IMG/VR virus record: IMGVR_UViG_3300002144_000089
Location: 1,098 to 65,097 of that record
From: a virus
Strand: one strand, 5' to 3'
Length of the DNA: 64,000 nucleotides
Under the pieces are notes generated by a model, which was not told where the DNA came from, did not search any database, and worked only from the letters and a program-made list of their open reading frames with translations. The translations under genes were made by a program, and so were the position numbers. Positions 55,411-64,000 of the stretch are shown one piece after another; position 1 is the first letter of the stretch; the number at the start of each line of letters is the position of its first letter.

Positions 55411-56357
55411 CAATGAACGTAATTGAAATTTTAAAAGAAAATAAAAAATCTATAATTGATCAAGCAGTAGAGTGGATTAAAAACTCTTATCCTAATCGTA
55501 CTACTGAATTTGAAAAGTGCTATAGAGATATTGGATATGTATATGATGCATGGATATATGATTTAGTAAATACTGGAACTGATAGAACACAAAATATTAC
55601 CAGTAGATTTTGGAACAGGGGAAAGTCTCAGTTAAAAACAACTGATGTCGAAGTAAAAACTTACAAAATAATTAATACTTTGATAAATGAAATTTGCCCG
55701 TCTAGTGACATTGATAATTTAATATCTATTACAATAGGCAATATTTTAAATGAACCAATTTATAAATTAGGTTCTTTTGAATACCTTAGAGACAAAAGAA
55801 TTAATACGTATAATTGGACAAATCAAATACCTGAACAGCATTTAATAGATGACATTGTAAGAGGCATACACAATTATGTGCCGAGTAAACAGCGTCGAGT
55901 TAGATACGATTTACGTATTATTCCTACACATGCAATGCCTGAGTTACAACAAAAAATGTATAGAGGTACAGAAGCAGATCTAGGTAATCCAAAATCAAGA
56001 TATAATCCTCAGGTTCTTGCTCCGTATGTGCTTGCATTTGGCATTAGAGGAACACCGCAAGACAATGTTGATAAAAACTACTATCTTTATGAAGCAGGAG
56101 TTGAAATAGGTCTTGCAGCAATGTACGTTAGTCTTGCTGCTCCTGCTGTTGGGTTGGCTGTTGGATTTTGCGCTTGTATACAAAATGACAACAACATGGT
56201 CGATGATATCGGAATACACCCTCAACTATATTTAGGAATTGGTTATAAATCCGACGATGTTACATATCATTGCCCGGTGTATAATGCCGAAGCTTACATA
56301 CCAAACAGCGACGACTACCAAAAACCTCCAATAGAAGAATATATAAAATATGTATAA
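55407..56357 (+). CDS. Nitroreductase-like protein with an N-terminal helical (CxRDIGY) domain
   Basis: C-terminal PSKQ motif and EAGVEIGLAAMYVSLAAPAVGLAVGFCACI...LYLGIGY nitroreductase-fold pattern. Confidence 0.5.
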   Translation: MTMNVIEILKENKKSIIDQAVEWIKNSYPNRTTEFEKCYRDIGYVYDAWIYDLVNTGTDRTQNITSRFWNRGKSQLKTTDVEVKTYKIINTLINEICPSSDIDNLISITIGNILNEPIYKLGSFEYLRDKRINTYNWTNQIPEQHLIDDIVRGIHNYVPSKQRRVRYDLRIIPTHAMPELQQKMYRGTEADLGNPKSRYNPQVLAPYVLAFGIRGTPQDNVDKNYYLYEAGVEIGLAAMYVSLAAPAVGLAVGFCACIQNDNNMVDDIGIHPQLYLGIGYKSDDVTYHCPVYNAEAYIPNSDDYQKPPIEEYIKYV

Positions 56358-57417
56358 GTATGAAGATATAAGATCAATTCATCTTGAAGTAACTCAAAAT
56401 TGTCAAGCCAGTTGTCCTATGTGTGATCGTAATATGAACGGTCAAGGTATCAATCCACACATTAATTTAGATGAACTTACACTAGAAGATTGCAAAAAGA
56501 TATTCCTTCCAGAGTTCATTGCACAGCTTAACACAATGTATATGTGCGGAAATTTAGGTGATCCTATTGTTGCAAAAGATACATTAGAAATATTCAAATA
56601 CTTCCGCGAACACAACACTAATATGTGGTTAAGCATGAACACAAATGCTGGAGCAAAAAGTGCAGATTGGTGGACTAAATTAGCCCATGTCTTTGGAAGA
56701 ATGGGCGCAGTTATTTTTAGTGTCGACGGCCTACGTGACACTAACCATATCTATCGTCAAGGCGTTGTATGGGATAATGTAGAACGTAATATGCAAGCAT
56801 TTATTGCAGCAGGCGGCAGAGCTCGTTGGGACTTTTTAATATTTGAACATAATCAACATCAAGTTGAGGAAGCAGAAGCACTTGCTAATGCCTGGGGCTG
56901 CGAGAAGTTTATGAAGAAAAAGACAGGCCGCTTTATCACGCAAGATTCAAAGAAAAAAGAATCGCACCAAGCAGTTGACAAAAAAGGAAAGGTAGCAGCA
57001 GAATTAAAAAAACCTGATATTAAATATCAAAATAATGCATTAAAGACTCAAGAAAAAGTAGAAAAGAAATATAATAGTATGGATGCATACTATGATAGAG
57101 CTCCTATTATTTGTAAAGTAAAGAAAGACAATAGCTTGTTCATTACAGCAGAAGGTCTAGCATTGCCTTGTTGTTGGACAGCTGGACGCATGTACAAATG
57201 GTGGCATAAAGATCCTAAGGTAGAACAAATATGGGATTTTATCCCTAATAAAAATGCATTAGATGCACGTAACGGATTAGCAGCAGTATTTGACACAGGT
57301 ATATTTGATACTATACAAGACAGTTGGAGCAAAGATAGTTGCTCAAATGGCAAATTAAAAGTATGCGCCATGAAGTGTGGCGCAGAGTTTGATCCTTTTG
57401 CTGAACAGTTTAAGTGA
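56350..57417 (+). CDS. Radical SAM enzyme with C-terminal twitch/SPASM-like domain
   Basis: HLEVTQNCQASCPMCDR, CGNLGDP, SMNTN, FSVDG; C-terminal ICK...ITAEGLALPCCW...CAMKC. Confidence 0.9.
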   Translation: MYKYEDIRSIHLEVTQNCQASCPMCDRNMNGQGINPHINLDELTLEDCKKIFLPEFIAQLNTMYMCGNLGDPIVAKDTLEIFKYFREHNTNMWLSMNTNAGAKSADWWTKLAHVFGRMGAVIFSVDGLRDTNHIYRQGVVWDNVERNMQAFIAAGGRARWDFLIFEHNQHQVEEAEALANAWGCEKFMKKKTGRFITQDSKKKESHQAVDKKGKVAAELKKPDIKYQNNALKTQEKVEKKYNSMDAYYDRAPIICKVKKDNSLFITAEGLALPCCWTAGRMYKWWHKDPKVEQIWDFIPNKNALDARNGLAAVFDTGIFDTIQDSWSKDSCSNGKLKVCAMKCGAEFDPFAEQFK

Positions 57418-58343
57418 GTACCAGTATGCCGTCATTACTAATAGAAGATAAATTATCAAAAAAACCTCGAATTCCAAAAAAAATTAACAAGTTTTTAAGG
57501 AATCATTATCTCTATTTCTTTCCTGAATACCCGCTAGCTAATCTAAGTCATATACCTGGTGCAGCCGAGGATTATCTGTCTGATAACAAACTTAGAAATT
57601 ATTATGTCAATTTAGACTATAAAATGATAGAGCACAGAGATCATCCTAAACGAATAGTAGGAGAGATGTGCAATTTATCAAATTTTTTAATTACTAGCAT
57701 GGACCAAACCGGCATTTCTTCTCCTTTAAATTTTTATGATAGTAACAGTATACATCCTGGAAATAAAAGATTGTTATGTGCAAGATATTTAAATTTAAAA
57801 TATGTTCCAGTAGTGTGGCAAAGTTTTATATATATTCCTGGTTTAACGCGAATAACAACTTTGGAAGATATCTATAATATATACGGAACAAATATAAGTA
57901 TTAATCTTGCACCTAAATCATATGGACCTTCTAGATTAGAAATATCATGGCACGGCGAAACACATCGTAGAGATCATAACGGATACGATGATTGGTATAC
58001 TACAAGTAGACTTCGTACTGAGTTTAGTATATTAGACTATCTATTAACACACGGATTAGAAATTGTTAACTCTACAATTGAAAAAGAAATTACAAATACA
58101 CAATATCCTATAAAATATACAAAAGCAAGAAAAAATAAAATATCTATTGAAATATTAGACAATTCCTTAATGGATGAAAACTTAGACTTTTGGGAATTGT
58201 ATTTTCACATTGATCCTATGGTTGCTTCAAAGTTATGTAAAACAAAAAGAATTAGAATTATAAATGACTATGCTACAGGTAACACATTAACAGAATGCAA
58301 TCTATACAACACGCTAATAAGAAGGAAGTATCATTTTGATTAA
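57414..58343 (+). CDS. Hypothetical 309-aa protein, possibly containing a ParB/Srx-like GNxR motif
   Basis: Coupled ORF; IHPGNKRLLCARYL resembles the ParB/sulfiredoxin GxxR motif. The start may be GTG 57414 or ATG 57426. Confidence 0.45.
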   Translation: MSTSMPSLLIEDKLSKKPRIPKKINKFLRNHYLYFFPEYPLANLSHIPGAAEDYLSDNKLRNYYVNLDYKMIEHRDHPKRIVGEMCNLSNFLITSMDQTGISSPLNFYDSNSIHPGNKRLLCARYLNLKYVPVVWQSFIYIPGLTRITTLEDIYNIYGTNISINLAPKSYGPSRLEISWHGETHRRDHNGYDDWYTTSRLRTEFSILDYLLTHGLEIVNSTIEKEITNTQYPIKYTKARKNKISIEILDNSLMDENLDFWELYFHIDPMVASKLCKTKRIRIINDYATGNTLTECNLYNTLIRRKYHFD

Positions 58344-58890
58344 CACTAATTTTATACCTACTAAAGTCGATGGACAATATTGTGTTTATTATTTTAATAA
58401 TTTAATAGAATCTACTGCATTTGAAAAATTAAAAAATGCTACAACAAATTATCCCTTTAATTTTATTAATGGAAAAAGAACAGATGCAGTAGAAAGAATA
58501 TGGCTGCATCAAACTACTGATAATAGTTTAAAACAACTAGCAGCTTCTTTTGACTCACTAGAAATAAAACAGTTATTCAGCAGATTTGTTAATACTGATT
58601 TAACTAGTATGTATACAAGAATTGAATTGTGTAATGACATAAAAGGTAGTTGGTTAGAAGATCATGTCGATGACCCTGCTAAAAAGTTTACACTGCAATT
58701 TTATCTAACTAATATAAAAAATAGTACTATACACAACGGAAAATCAAGAGACGCTGTTGAAAACAACGGCTGGTTTTTTTTGAATACTGGAACTGAATAC
58801 CACAGCTTGTCGCCATTAACAGCAGCAAGATCGAGTATTATAGTAAATTATGTAGATGATTTATGGTGCGACAAAACAGTATTAGTATAA
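58336..58890 (+). CDS. Putative 2OG-Fe(II) oxygenase
   Basis: HxD (LEDHVDD), FTLQFYL strand, distal His (EYHSL) and Arg (ARSSIIVNY). Confidence 0.6.
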   Translation: MINTNFIPTKVDGQYCVYYFNNLIESTAFEKLKNATTNYPFNFINGKRTDAVERIWLHQTTDNSLKQLAASFDSLEIKQLFSRFVNTDLTSMYTRIELCNDIKGSWLEDHVDDPAKKFTLQFYLTNIKNSTIHNGKSRDAVENNGWFFLNTGTEYHSLSPLTAARSSIIVNYVDDLWCDKTVLV

Positions 58891-58943
58891 AATAACGGCA
58901 CCGAATCTAACCCAATTATAACAAACTGGAAATAAGTAATAGT

Positions 58944-60353
58944 ATGACAGAGAAAAAAGCACCAAGCGAAACATTTTGCCTCCTTCCGTGGGTACATTTA
59001 AGTACAAGACCTGACGGAAGCATGCGAGTATGCTGTACTGCAAATGCAAGCAGTGTCGGCGCAACTAATGATAAAGAACACGGCGGACAAGTTGGTATTC
59101 TTAAAACAGATGACGGCAAGCCCAATAACTTAAACGTAAGTGACTTTGAAACAGCATGGAACAGCACATACATGAAAAATGTGCGTAAGCAAATGCTTGC
59201 CGGAGAAAAACCTCCTAGTTGTTTGAAGTGCTACAGAGAAGAAGCAGCAGGACATAATAGCAAACGTATGTGGGAAACTGCATATTGGAGTCAACGTACA
59301 GATGTTGATAAACTAATTGCTGATACTGCTGAAGATGGTAGTGTGCCTCCGCAACTAGCATACATTGACTTGCGCTTTGGCACAAAGTGTCAGCTTGCGT
59401 GTGTTATGTGCAGTCCGCATGATAGTAGTGGTTGGATTAAAGATTATAAAGCAATCTTTCCTGATGTTAAAAACGAGTCACTTAAAGAAACAATGCAGTG
59501 GCAAGACAAAGGCAGTACTAACGGCAGTAGCTACAACTGGCATAAACAAAATCCTACATTTTGGAAACAGTTTTATGAGCAAATGCCTAGTATGCAACAA
59601 ATTTACTTTGCCGGCGGCGAAAGTCTTATTATCGAAGAGCATTACGAAATACTTGAACACGCTATTAAAATGGGTTATGCAAAAGACTTAGAGTTACGTT
59701 ATAACTCAAATGGTGTAGAATGGCGCGAAGATTTGTTTGAGTTGTGGAAAGAATTTAAGCTAGTACGATTCCACTACTCGATTGACAGTATCGAACAGAT
59801 GAATGAATATATTCGTTATCCAAGTAAATGGAGTCGTCAAGCAGAAGTATTTCATATATTAGATAAGAAAACAAGTAATAATGTTGAAGTTACTGTAGCT
59901 TGTGCAGTACAAGCTCTAAATATATATTACATACCTGATCTTATCAAATGGAAACTTACACAAGGATTTAAAAAAATCAACATGTGGCCATTTGGCGCCG
60001 GCGGCGTAAACTATCATTTTGTTTACCATCCACCGCATCTTAATGTTAAAGTATTGCCAGCTTGGTTTAAAGCCGAAGTGCGTAAAAAGTACGAAGAGTT
60101 TTATCCATGGTGGGAAGCTAATTGGGAGTTAGGTGTTCCTAGTTGGCACAAAGGAAAGGTTGATTATGACAAATGGCGTAGTGCTAGTTACGGTATTAGT
60201 CGTCTTGAAGGCATGTTACAGTTTATGGAATCAGAAGACTGGAGTCAACGCTTACCTGAGATGAAAGAGTTTTTAAGTCTTTGTGATAAACAGCGAGGAA
60301 TGTTGTTTGAAGATACATTCCCAGAAATGAAGGATATATTTAATGTTAGCTAA
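58944..60353 (+). CDS. Radical SAM enzyme with N-terminal SPASM/twitch-like domain
   Basis: CQLACVMC, YFAGGES, YNSN; N-terminal CLLPW...VCC...CLKC. Confidence 0.9.
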   Translation: MTEKKAPSETFCLLPWVHLSTRPDGSMRVCCTANASSVGATNDKEHGGQVGILKTDDGKPNNLNVSDFETAWNSTYMKNVRKQMLAGEKPPSCLKCYREEAAGHNSKRMWETAYWSQRTDVDKLIADTAEDGSVPPQLAYIDLRFGTKCQLACVMCSPHDSSGWIKDYKAIFPDVKNESLKETMQWQDKGSTNGSSYNWHKQNPTFWKQFYEQMPSMQQIYFAGGESLIIEEHYEILEHAIKMGYAKDLELRYNSNGVEWREDLFELWKEFKLVRFHYSIDSIEQMNEYIRYPSKWSRQAEVFHILDKKTSNNVEVTVACAVQALNIYYIPDLIKWKLTQGFKKINMWPFGAGGVNYHFVYHPPHLNVKVLPAWFKAEVRKKYEEFYPWWEANWELGVPSWHKGKVDYDKWRSASYGISRLEGMLQFMESEDWSQRLPEMKEFLSLCDKQRGMLFEDTFPEMKDIFNVS

Positions 60354-61221
60354 GATTAACAGAGCAGAAGACATTGCGAATCATAAAACTTATAGACTAG
60401 ATTACGAACACTGGTTAGCAAATTTAAAAGACCCAACTGTACAACAAAATATAGCAGCAAACTTTCAAAAAGCAGAAGTATTTGATGAAGCATTTACTGA
60501 AGAAGAAATTAGTTGGATGTATGGATATGCATTTAGTCGTTGCGATACAGTAAGACATAATGATAACGGTACAATGTTTATAAGCGGCAACCTACAGGGA
60601 GTATATGAAAAATTTGCTGATCGCATAAATCAAATGGTACCGGGTGCAGAAAACTCACCTGTTGTTGGCGGCAATTTCTTTATCACTCCTAGTCAGTATG
60701 GATTACATAATGATAGTACTAGAGAATCGGATTGGAAAAATAGTTTAACTAAGACTTCTATAGATCACGAAGGTCGCAAATGGGCGCCTTGGAGAAATAT
60801 CATTATTCCGTTATTTACTGCGCCTAACAATATAGAAAGTCATGCTGTATTTTTTAGCCAGCGCCATGTTGATTTTGCTCACGTGTATCATCACGGTAAA
60901 AAACCAGAACAAACTGTTGCTACAACATATCCTATTGTTGATAATCATGTTGACATTGATTTTTATTTGTTAGATGGTACAATACAAGATAAAAAATTAA
61001 ATCTTGTAAAATATAACAAAGAACATTACGATGAGTATTTGTACTACACTCCTTATAGACGCTTAACAGGATTAACGCCTGAACTAACTTGCGAGTGGAA
61101 ACCTCGTGCTCCTATTGTGTTTGATGCTGTGCAATTGCATGCAACAAATAAAGGTCGTCCAGATAATCATTGGACAACTAAAATGGGGTTGTTACTAACA
61201 TTTCTTAGAGAGATAAAATGA
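60343..61221 (+). CDS. Putative 2OG-Fe(II) oxygenase-like protein
   Basis: YGLHND (HxD), NIIIPL, VFDAVQLHAT (distal His), terminal K-containing strand. Confidence 0.5.
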   Translation: MLAKINRAEDIANHKTYRLDYEHWLANLKDPTVQQNIAANFQKAEVFDEAFTEEEISWMYGYAFSRCDTVRHNDNGTMFISGNLQGVYEKFADRINQMVPGAENSPVVGGNFFITPSQYGLHNDSTRESDWKNSLTKTSIDHEGRKWAPWRNIIIPLFTAPNNIESHAVFFSQRHVDFAHVYHHGKKPEQTVATTYPIVDNHVDIDFYLLDGTIQDKKLNLVKYNKEHYDEYLYYTPYRRLTGLTPELTCEWKPRAPIVFDAVQLHATNKGRPDNHWTTKMGLLLTFLREIK

Positions 61222-62504
61222 ATTTAGATACCGTTTGTCCTGCTGTATGGGATCACCTATGCGTAAACACAATGGGGAAAAATCGTTTATGCTGTAATGC
61301 TGTTACACAAGACAAAGATAAATTTATTGGCAATCTTGACCAGCACTGGAATGCTCTAAGAGACAGTGTTAAGAAAGAAATGTTGTCCGGCAACCGCCCA
61401 GACATTTGCAAAAGTTGTTGGAAAAAAGAAGAATCTGGAATATCTAGTTTACGAGATCAATTTATTGAAAATTATAAAAATCAAGGTATCTGGGATAAAT
61501 TTGTAGATGACATTCCTACAACAAAAAAATATCCAGTAGAACTTGATCTTAAATTAGGAAATTACTGTAATCTAAGTTGTAGGATGTGCAGTAGCTATAG
61601 TAGCAGCGGCGTTGCAAATGAATTCCAAAAAATCCTTAAAGATACTGGTGTTGATTTAGGATTAGACGAGCACGAAAAGAACTTTGTTCAAAACAAATGG
61701 TATCTTCAAGAAGAGTTTGTAGATTCGATAAAAGACATGATTGCAAATGGATTGCGTCATTTAAAATTTACAGGCGGTGAACCTCTGATGGTTCCCAGCG
61801 TAAAGAAACTAATTGACTATTGTGTTGATAACGATTTTGCTAAAAATATTGATCTAATCATAATAACAAATGTAACACTAATAGATGACGAATGGATTGA
61901 ACGATTTAAAGCATTTAAATTTGTAAACATTATTTGTAGTATAGACGGCATAAGCGATACTTTCGAATATATAAGACATCCTGCAAATTGGAATGATGTA
62001 AACAGTAAGTTGCAAAAGTTATCTGATGTACAGACTGCGCAGCTGGTAACTTCGATTACGTTTACATTACAAATATATAATATTCTTGAAATTAGGAATA
62101 TGGTAGAGCTATCTAAAAAATATAACTTTCATATAACTGCTATTCCTTTAGACAAACCTGAATATCTAGATGTACGCAATGCTCCGCAGACTCTTAAAAA
62201 TACTGCATTAGAAATGATAGCAGATTTAGAAAATGAATTAAATCCAAAGACTACGCCTCGAACAGAAGATAACTGTCTATGTTTTCATGATTTAAAACCT
62301 AAAGACGTTCCGTGTGCTAGAACGTGCCCAATTGTACTTACTAATGTATTAGTCAAATTTGTTAATAATGTTAAAAAGAAAATTAATCAGCCCCAACAGC
62401 AAGACAATAGTAAGAAATTTTTAGAAATAACTAAATTAAAAGACACGTATAAAAAACAAAGTTTTGATACAATGGAGATAGCAAAGTACTATGACTCAAT
62501 CTAA
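61218..62504 (+). CDS. Radical SAM enzyme with N-terminal SPASM/twitch-like domain
   Basis: CNLSCRMC, FTGGEP, ITN, SIDG; N-terminal CPAVW...LCC...CKSC. Confidence 0.9.
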   Translation: MNLDTVCPAVWDHLCVNTMGKNRLCCNAVTQDKDKFIGNLDQHWNALRDSVKKEMLSGNRPDICKSCWKKEESGISSLRDQFIENYKNQGIWDKFVDDIPTTKKYPVELDLKLGNYCNLSCRMCSSYSSSGVANEFQKILKDTGVDLGLDEHEKNFVQNKWYLQEEFVDSIKDMIANGLRHLKFTGGEPLMVPSVKKLIDYCVDNDFAKNIDLIIITNVTLIDDEWIERFKAFKFVNIICSIDGISDTFEYIRHPANWNDVNSKLQKLSDVQTAQLVTSITFTLQIYNILEIRNMVELSKKYNFHITAIPLDKPEYLDVRNAPQTLKNTALEMIADLENELNPKTTPRTEDNCLCFHDLKPKDVPCARTCPIVLTNVLVKFVNNVKKKINQPQQQDNSKKFLEITKLKDTYKKQSFDTMEIAKYYDSI

Positions 62505-63645
62505 AACATTCTGTGCATTACCGTGGATGCATCTTGCTACTAATGCAAGCGGCAATCTTCGAGTGTGCTGTAACAGTACTCCGGGTAAAAACTTTATTAC
62601 TAAAAAAGACGGCACCCCTTACAAGCTACAAAAAGATGACTTACAAGAAGCATGGAATAGTGAAGTATATACTACTATTCGTAAGCAGTTACTTGCCGGC
62701 GAACGTCCTGAAATGTGTACACGTTGTTTTAGAGAAGAAGACGTTGGCATTAAAAGTGCTAGACAAAGTTGGAACAACAAGTGGGAAGAAGATAAAGAGT
62801 ATACAATAGATGCACCTTTTGACATTAAATATGTTGACTTACGGTTAGGCAACTTGTGTAATTTAAAATGTCGTATGTGCAATCCGTATGCAAGTAACAT
62901 GTGGGTTAAAGAATGGAACCTAGTTGAAACTGCACTTAGTGAAAGTGAATACAAGCGTCTTAGTAGTATGAACTGGCCTGAGCATGAAAAGACTTGGGAA
63001 AACTTGTTTAGTATTGCACACACAGTAGATGAAATATACCTAACAGGCGGCGAACCTACAGTTATTAAAGAACAACAAAAATTGTTAGATTACTTTATCG
63101 ACAACGGTACTGCAAAAGACATACGTTTAAAATACAATACTAATTTAGTTAAAGTACAACCTTGGCTACTTGAACGCTGGACTCATTTTAAACGAGTGCA
63201 ACTTAATTGCTCAATAGATGCTACTGGTGCATTAGATCATTATATTCGACATCCGAGTAAATGGGATACGATTGTAAAGAATTTTGAAACTATTAGACAG
63301 CTTCCTAATGCAGGAATTGAAATACACTGCACAGTACAAATGTACAATATATTAAGACTGCCTGAACTAATAGACTGGGCTACACCGTATGGACATAGAA
63401 TATATTTTAACATTCTTAATCATCCCGAAGAATTAAATATTAGAGTGTTGCCCAAACATCTAAAAGATCAAGCTGCAAAACAATTACAACCGTATTTGCA
63501 TTTAGATAAGGTGCAAGGTATTATTGATTATATGTATGCCGAAGATTGGAACAATAAATATAGTAAGTTTATAAAATACACAATTGCACTAGATGCAAGC
63601 AGAGGTGAAAACTTATTTGATCTAATACCGGAGTTTAATCAATGA
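62491..63645 (+). CDS. Radical SAM enzyme with N-terminal SPASM/twitch-like domain
   Basis: CNLKCRMC, LTGGEP, YNTN, SIDA; N-terminal CALPW...VCC...CTRC. Confidence 0.9.
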   Translation: MTQSKTFCALPWMHLATNASGNLRVCCNSTPGKNFITKKDGTPYKLQKDDLQEAWNSEVYTTIRKQLLAGERPEMCTRCFREEDVGIKSARQSWNNKWEEDKEYTIDAPFDIKYVDLRLGNLCNLKCRMCNPYASNMWVKEWNLVETALSESEYKRLSSMNWPEHEKTWENLFSIAHTVDEIYLTGGEPTVIKEQQKLLDYFIDNGTAKDIRLKYNTNLVKVQPWLLERWTHFKRVQLNCSIDATGALDHYIRHPSKWDTIVKNFETIRQLPNAGIEIHCTVQMYNILRLPELIDWATPYGHRIYFNILNHPEELNIRVLPKHLKDQAAKQLQPYLHLDKVQGIIDYMYAEDWNNKYSKFIKYTIALDASRGENLFDLIPEFNQ

Positions 63646-64000
63646 AAATAGGAGTATTCGGCGATAGTTATGCAGAGCATACAGCAGCTAATCCTGCACA
63701 TTTAGAATGGTGGCAGTATGTACAACAATGTCCTAATATAGAAATAGACAATTATGGATTTGGCGGATCTAGTTTATACTATACGTGGAAACAATTCCAT
63801 ACTCACCAACACAAGTACGATAAGGTTATTGTTTGCTTAACAAAACCTAATAGACTTTGGATGCCACATTTACCAAAAGATTGGCAATCAGAACACGTTC
63901 ATGCTCTAGATGCTTTAAAACACAGAACTTTTAAAAATCCTTATGCTGCTAGAATTATGAAGAATGCATTAACATCATATTACAAGTATATTGTTAATTT
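63642..64000 (+). CDS. SGNH/GDSL hydrolase-like protein, 5' part (runs off the window)
   Basis: Translated by hand: MKIGVFGDSYAEH...IDNYGFGGSS; GDS block I and N.G..G block II; ATGA overlap with the previous stop. Confidence 0.7.
   Translation, partial: MKIGVFGDSYAEHTAANPAHLEWWQYVQQCPNIEIDNYGFGGSSLYYTWKQFHTHQHKYDKVIVCLTKPNRLWMPHLPKDWQSEHVHALDALKHRTFKNPYAARIMKNALTSYYKYIVN

Noticed and set aside
90-63645. None of the ~44 gene ends I checked uses TAG, suggesting possible amber recoding
   Set aside because: Very long ORFs, including the 5124-aa one, are intact under the standard code, so TAG is not used as a sense codon. Low TAG use is common in AT-rich phages, and no suppressor tRNA is visible.
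48842-64000. Interpreting the cluster as a 7-deazaguanine or hmC DNA-modification pathway
   Set aside because: No FolE, QueD, QueC, DpdA or dCMP-hydroxymethylase motifs are seen, and the rSAMs carry SPASM-like domains unlike QueE. The genes could lie outside the window, so this is not fully excluded.
1-64000. tRNA, rRNA, integrase or transposase genes
   Set aside because: No cloverleaf, rRNA-like or recombinase/transposase motifs were recognised by eye; tRNAscan-SE would be needed to exclude tRNAs formally.

Overview
This 64-kb window comes from an AT-rich, T4-superfamily-like large (probably jumbo) myophage genome read in the standard genetic code. From left to right it holds: the start of a probable portal gene and a tape-measure-like gene (minus strand); a gp26-like hub chaperone followed by a short gp51-like ORF, linked by what looks like a programmed -1 frameshift; two low-complexity putative internal head proteins; a ~570-nt noncoding, hairpin-rich region directly behind a GIY-YIG nuclease; and gp46/gp47 (Rad50/Mre11-like) plus the gp55 late sigma factor under consensus sigma70 promoters. 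A long plus-strand baseplate/tail module follows (tube initiator, gp53, hub, gp5 with a C-terminal muramidase, gp25, gp6, a 5124-aa giant protein, three paralogous fibre proteins, two paralogous virion proteins), with several genes preceded by T4-type late promoter motifs (core TAAATA). From 48.8 kb to the window end is a tightly coupled, sigma70-driven enzyme cluster: 4 glycosyltransferase-like genes, 5 radical SAM enzymes, a methyltransferase, a nitroreductase-like protein, 2 putative 2OG-Fe(II) oxygenases and an SGNH hydrolase. All product calls come from motif recognition by eye; no database searches were run. The strongest leads are the frameshift cassette at 3605-3651, the structured RNA behind the GIY-YIG gene, and the modification cluster next to Ser-Pro4-containing virion proteins.
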